64,000 nucleotides of DNA, taken from positions 74,648,001-74,712,000 of the forward strand of contig NC_043000.1 of the NCBI RefSeq assembly GCF_006345805.1, in the 5' to 3' direction. Position numbers and translations under genes: made by a program. The DNA comes from Octopus sinensis. Its lineage: Eukaryota. The notes under the pieces are model-generated. The model was not told where the DNA came from. It searched no databases and saw only the letters and a program-made list of their open reading frames with translations. Shown here one piece after another: positions 59,526 to 64,000 of the stretch. Every line of letters starts with the position of its first letter. Position 1 is the first letter of the stretch.

Positions 59526-59859
59526 CTCACAGCTTAAACACTACCCTTGTGTTAAGTTACATTTTGCCTTTGGTGGATGTCATCTTCTCTATAAATGCAG
59601 CATATTCAGGTTAACCTTCACCACATCATTTTAAATCTTTCTTGGCTCCTCTTCCACAGGTGAAACACAAGGAAAAGAACTATTGTAAAACTAATAAAAA
59701 AAATTTATGCTAATATCAGATAGTGGAAACCTCATGTAAACTTTGATGAAAGCAAACCATACTACTAGGTTGTTCCGAAAATAATAGCTACTCTAAGTGT
59801 TGTGTTTTGAAACACAATTTTATCATAGTATTTTAATTATATTTTAGGTGCATTTTGAC

Positions 59860-60147
59860 ATCTATATATATAAAACTGAGAATGTGTGTGTGTCTCTATG
59901 TGTGCATCACTAAAACTCGAGAACTACCCAACTGATATCATTCAAATTTTACACATACAGTACTTAGGGTCCATGGAGTGTCGTGGGTCAAAAAAGTTTT
60001 CAACTTCCTGCCCAATCTGAGCAATCTCTTAGATTGTTTCGGTATTATGTGTCAAAAATGAAACAATAACATCTATTGTAATGAGATAACAGTTTCACTT
60101 TTAATAGTTTCACTATGTATATAATATATACACAGTTAAACTATTAT

Positions 60148-60178
<31 letters not shown>

Positions 60179-60480
60179 AAACTCAACTTGTGTGTCTGTG
60201 TGTGTGTGTCTGTGTGTTTAAATTCCCGGCACATCTCCTCCTAGCCAACAAATCGTAGAACCACCAAAAATGGGTCACTTAAAGTTTAGGCGAATGAAAA
60301 TTGAACTGCGCTATTTCTGTTCCGAAATTCATCTCGCAAGTGCAAAAATCGATAATGTGTTTGTTTAGGCCTTATCCCATGCATTGAATAGTGAATTTTA
60401 CTCAGTCAGCTGTTTGACGTGAACTGTGTTCACCACGCATGCAAGCATGCGTAAATTGCATGAAAAATAAAAAACCAAGA
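59860..60480 (+). mobile_element. Two successive Helitron-like 5' segments
   Basis: TCTATATATATAAAACT+(TG)n at about 59862 and TATATATAAAACT+(TGTC)n at about 60170; no 3' hairpin/CTAG found. Confidence 0.5.
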
Positions 60481-60484
60481 TATA

Positions 60485-61914
60485 AAAACTAATCGCCATA
60501 AACATATCTCTGACTTCACACATCAGCAAAGTCATGGAATGGATTGTCAGAGGGAAACTAATCGCATTCCTTGAGGAAAATAACTTGCTAAGTGATACCC
60601 AACGTGGTTTTCAACCAGGTAGGAGCTGCCTGACCAAGCTCTTACAACATTATGACTGGGTGTTGAGGCAGTTACTCAACAAATCAAATGTGGATGTAAT
60701 ATAACTTGATTTTGCAAAAGCTTTTGACAAGGTGGATCATGGTATGATATGCCACAAACTGCGTGACCTCAGCATAGCTGGAAAACTTGGGGTGTGGTTA
60801 CATGACTTCCTGAAAGATAAGAGTCAGGCAGTAGTGGCTAATGGAGCCACCTCTGTGAACACTCAAATAATGAGCGGTGTTCCACAGGGCAATGTCTTGG
60901 GACCACTGCTTTTTATAGTGGCCCTCTCAGATATGCCCTCAAATGCCCGGATAGCCACTCTGGCAAGCTATGCAGATGATACGAAAGTCTCACTGAAAAT
61001 GCAGAACCCCAGCGATGTTGCAAACCTGCAGCAGGAGATGGACTCAATTTACAGATGGGCTGAGGATAATGATATGCAGTTTAATGTTGTAAAATTCCTT
61101 GCCCTGCGCTACCAGCATTCAAAACTGAATACTAAACCTACAGGGTACACTGGTCCACATGGAATTTCAATCCCAGAGCCTAAGTCAGTGAGCGACCTGA
61201 GTTTCGACATGAGTGATGATACTTCTTTCCAAGTGCTCATTACCAGGATGGCGACAATGTGCAGACGAATGGCTGGATGGATCCTAAGAACATTCAGAAC
61301 CAGAGATAAGGAAACCATGATGGTCCTCTGGCAGACATTCATCCTCAGCTGCCTGGATTACTGCTCACAGCTAGTGTGAGATTAACAGCGAACCTTGAAG
61401 CAATCCAGAGAAGGTTCACAAAGAAGATCGTCTCTTTGCCACAGCTCAGCTACTGGGAAAGGTTGAAACAGCTAAGACTACTCCCTGGAGAGAAGACGGG
61501 AGAGGTATGCAGTAATATATATCTGGAAGATCCTGGAAGGAATTGTGCCAAATTTTGGCATTGAAAGCTACACCAATGTTAGAACAGGATGACACTGCAT
61601 GGTGCAAAAGATCCCTGCAATGCCATCATGCTTCAGGACCAGTTTACTGCAACAGCCTGGGTTTCAAGAGCCCACAGCTTTTTAATATTCTCCCAAACAG
61701 TCTGAGGAACTTGCACAAAGTAGATGTAGGGGTTTTTAAATCAAAGCTGGACCTCTTCCTGTCAAGGGTCCCAGATGAGCCTACCTCACGGCAAGAGGAG
61801 CTATATCAAACTCCATTCTTCATCAAGTGCCACATATTAGAGGAGGTTCCTAGTAATAACAGTGTAGCGCAAAACGGCAGTGCATCAGCATGGCCGCAGC
61901 TCTGAGCTGAAACT
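60485..61914 (+). mobile_element. CR1/L2-group LINE, 5'-truncated and inactivated
   Basis: DFAKAFDKVDH, VPQGNVLGP, SYADDTK, CLDYCSQL and QLFNILP...FKSKLDLFL; 3' tail cagcatggccgcagctctgagctgaaact plus A-rich end. Confidence 0.9.
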
Positions 61915-61931
61915 TAAAAAAAAATATAAAG

Positions 61932-62275
61932 ATCATCATCATCATCATCGTTTAACGTCCGTTTTCCGCGCTAGCACGGGTTGGACGGTTCGACCGGGGT
62001 CTGGGAAGCCAGGGGCTGCTCCAGGCTCCAGTCTTATCTGGCAGAGTTTCTACGGCTGGATGCCCTTCCTAACGCCAACCACTCCGCGAGTGTAGTGGGT
62101 GCTCTTTACGTGCCACCTGCACAGGTGCCAGGGCGGGTCCGGCATCGGCCACGATCGGTTGGAGCTTTTAACGTGCCAATGGCACGGAAGCCAGCCAAGG
62201 TGGTGCTGGCAACATTCGGATGGTGCTTTTTATGTGCCACTGGCACAGAAGCCAGTCATGGCGGCGCTGGCATAA
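61932..62275 (-). mobile_element. RTE 3'UTR fragment with (GAT)n tail
   Basis: Same sequence as 11188-11520, with only about 1 regular plus 2 divergent 67-bp units. Confidence 0.9.
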
Positions 62276-62277
62276 AG

Positions 62278-62309
<32 letters not shown>

Positions 62310-62399
62310 ATAGTGTAAAATATGATAGCGTAGTGTACACGGGTTGAACTTAAGACTATTGTTGTTTGTCTATGAATCCTGCCAAATGTGAGCTCTTTT

Positions 62400-64000
62400 T
62401 TCACTTACATGACGCCGCTGTCCCCCATCCCAGGGTCTCCCACACCCTCAGGGTTGACACTCTCGATGTCAGCACACTGAAAGGTAGGTCTGGTGAGATT
62501 GTTGAGATGCTTGAACGGAAATGTGTTGATATGTGCTGCATCCAAGAAGTTAGGTGGAGAGGAGGTTCTGCTAGGTTCCTCATAGGCAAAGAACACAGGT
62601 ACAAGATTTTCTGGGCAGGGAACACTGACGGGGTTGGGGGTGTGGGTATACTTCTTGCGGAGAAATGGGTAGATGAGGTAATTGAGATAGTCAGAGTATG
62701 CGACAGAATACTTAAGATTAGATTAGTGCTCCACCATTATCTTGGCCTTTGCCCCTCAGCCATGGCTACTCGATGGACAGAAAAACCGATTCTATGACAC
62801 CCTCTTGCAGACTACCGTGTTGATGAATGGCAGGGACCTTCTCTTTGTGGCTGGTGACTTCAATAGACAGTTGGACAACGTCGAGAGTTTCCATGGCATA
62901 CATGGAGGCTACGGTTTTCGCTCTCACAATGAGGAGGGAACCAGACTGCTGGAGTTTTGCGACGTAAATGATCTTATGGTTTGCAATACTAACTTCAGAA
63001 AACCTGCCAGCCACCTAGTCACCTACCGATCAGGCAGACACACTAGTCAGATTGACTACATCCTCACCAGAAAAAGGGAAAAATGGCTGCTTATAAATGC
63101 CAAAACCTTCCTAGGTGAAGAATGTACTCCGCAACATAGACTGGTAGTTAGTGACTTCTGGGTAAGGGCTAAATGGATGTCCAGAAGACGACCAGCAAGG
63201 AGGAGAAGGGTCTGGAGTCTTAAAGAGCCCACAAATGGACAGAGATTTAAAGACATATTACTCAAAGCCTTTGATGAAATAGAAGGGGATATAGCTTCAC
63301 ATGGGATAGAAGACAACTGGAGGTTCCTACGGAACAACCTGCTAAGGGCCATCAACCAGATCTGTGGATGGTGCAAAGTCCCCTCACGACCCAAAATAAC
63401 ATGGTGGTGGAACAATGTTGTTGACAAGGCTATTAAACAAAAGAAACAGGCTCGGAAGGATTGGAAAAACTGTAGTAGCAGGGAATTGTATCAGACTGCC
63501 AGAAGGGAAGCTAGGAGGCAGGTTTATTTAGCCAGTGGAGAGATAAAAAATTTACCTATGTTCTGCGCCATGAGGACGAAAGACTTGAGGTATTTCGTGT
63601 TGCAAGACAGTGTGTGAGAGAGAAGCGTGATGTTGTAGGAGAGAAATGTGCTTGCATGGATGATGGTTCACTTGTGCTAAATGAGGATGCAAAGAGAGAA
63701 GTTTGGAGACACCACTATGAAAAGTTGATGAATAAAGAAAATGAATGGGATAAAGAGAGTCTACTGATTGTCAACCCAACAGAGGGACCAGCTATCCGAG
63801 TTGACAGTACCTTGGTAGATAAGGCAATTAGAAGTACGATGACAGGGAAAGCCCCAGGTCTATCAGGAATTACTGCAGAGATGCTCAAAATATCTGGCAG
63901 TGTCGGCTATAGCCTAGTCACCCGTATAGTTAACCGGGTGATACACGAAGGTGTCATACCCAATGACTGGTATAGCAGCATAATAGTCAACTGCTACAAA
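62400..64000 (+). mobile_element. RTE LINE 5' part (APE endonuclease to RT start), frameshifted; runs off window
   Basis: TLDVSTLKGRSGEIVEML..CCIQEVRW, AGDFN, QIDYIL, QHRLVVSDF, WWWNN and GKAPGLSGITAEMLK. Confidence 0.9.

Noticed and set aside
59640-59720. Candidate next srGAP exon after ctcctcttccacAG
   Set aside because: The phase-0 translation (VKHKEKNYCKTNKK) shows no similarity to the expected F-BAR continuation, so the next exon is probably beyond the window.

Overview
AT-rich animal genomic DNA. The repeat repertoire (RTE, CR1, Dong/R4, Tx1 and Penelope retroelements, tRNA-derived SINEs, Helitrons, long (TA)n/(TG)n tracts) points to a cephalopod, most likely Octopus; this is an inference from repeat types, not a database match. 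Only one host gene is visible: two + strand coding exons (29870-30053 and 58318-58483) encoding the N-terminal F-BAR domain of a SLIT-ROBO Rho-GAP (srGAP), separated by a 28,264-bp intron. The first exon and later exons were not found. Almost everything else is layered transposon sequence. It includes a full-length CR1-type LINE (15123-19863) with a PHD/polyQ ORF1 and a single homopolymer frameshift in ORF2, several RTE LINE copies with an expanding 3'UTR minisatellite, Penelope fragments with hammerhead-ribozyme-like motifs, and a copia>piggyBac>solo-LTR nest. There are also Tc1 and hAT remnants, non-autonomous Helitrons and several long inverted repeats. I found no unambiguous new biological system, and there is no CRISPR array, rRNA or true tRNA gene. 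The best leads are the possibly intact CR1, a tRNA-headed SINE with a hammerhead tail, a 119-nt G-U-rich hairpin, and a covarying 3' stem-loop shared by a LINE and two SINE families. Coordinates for degraded elements are approximate (tens of bp).
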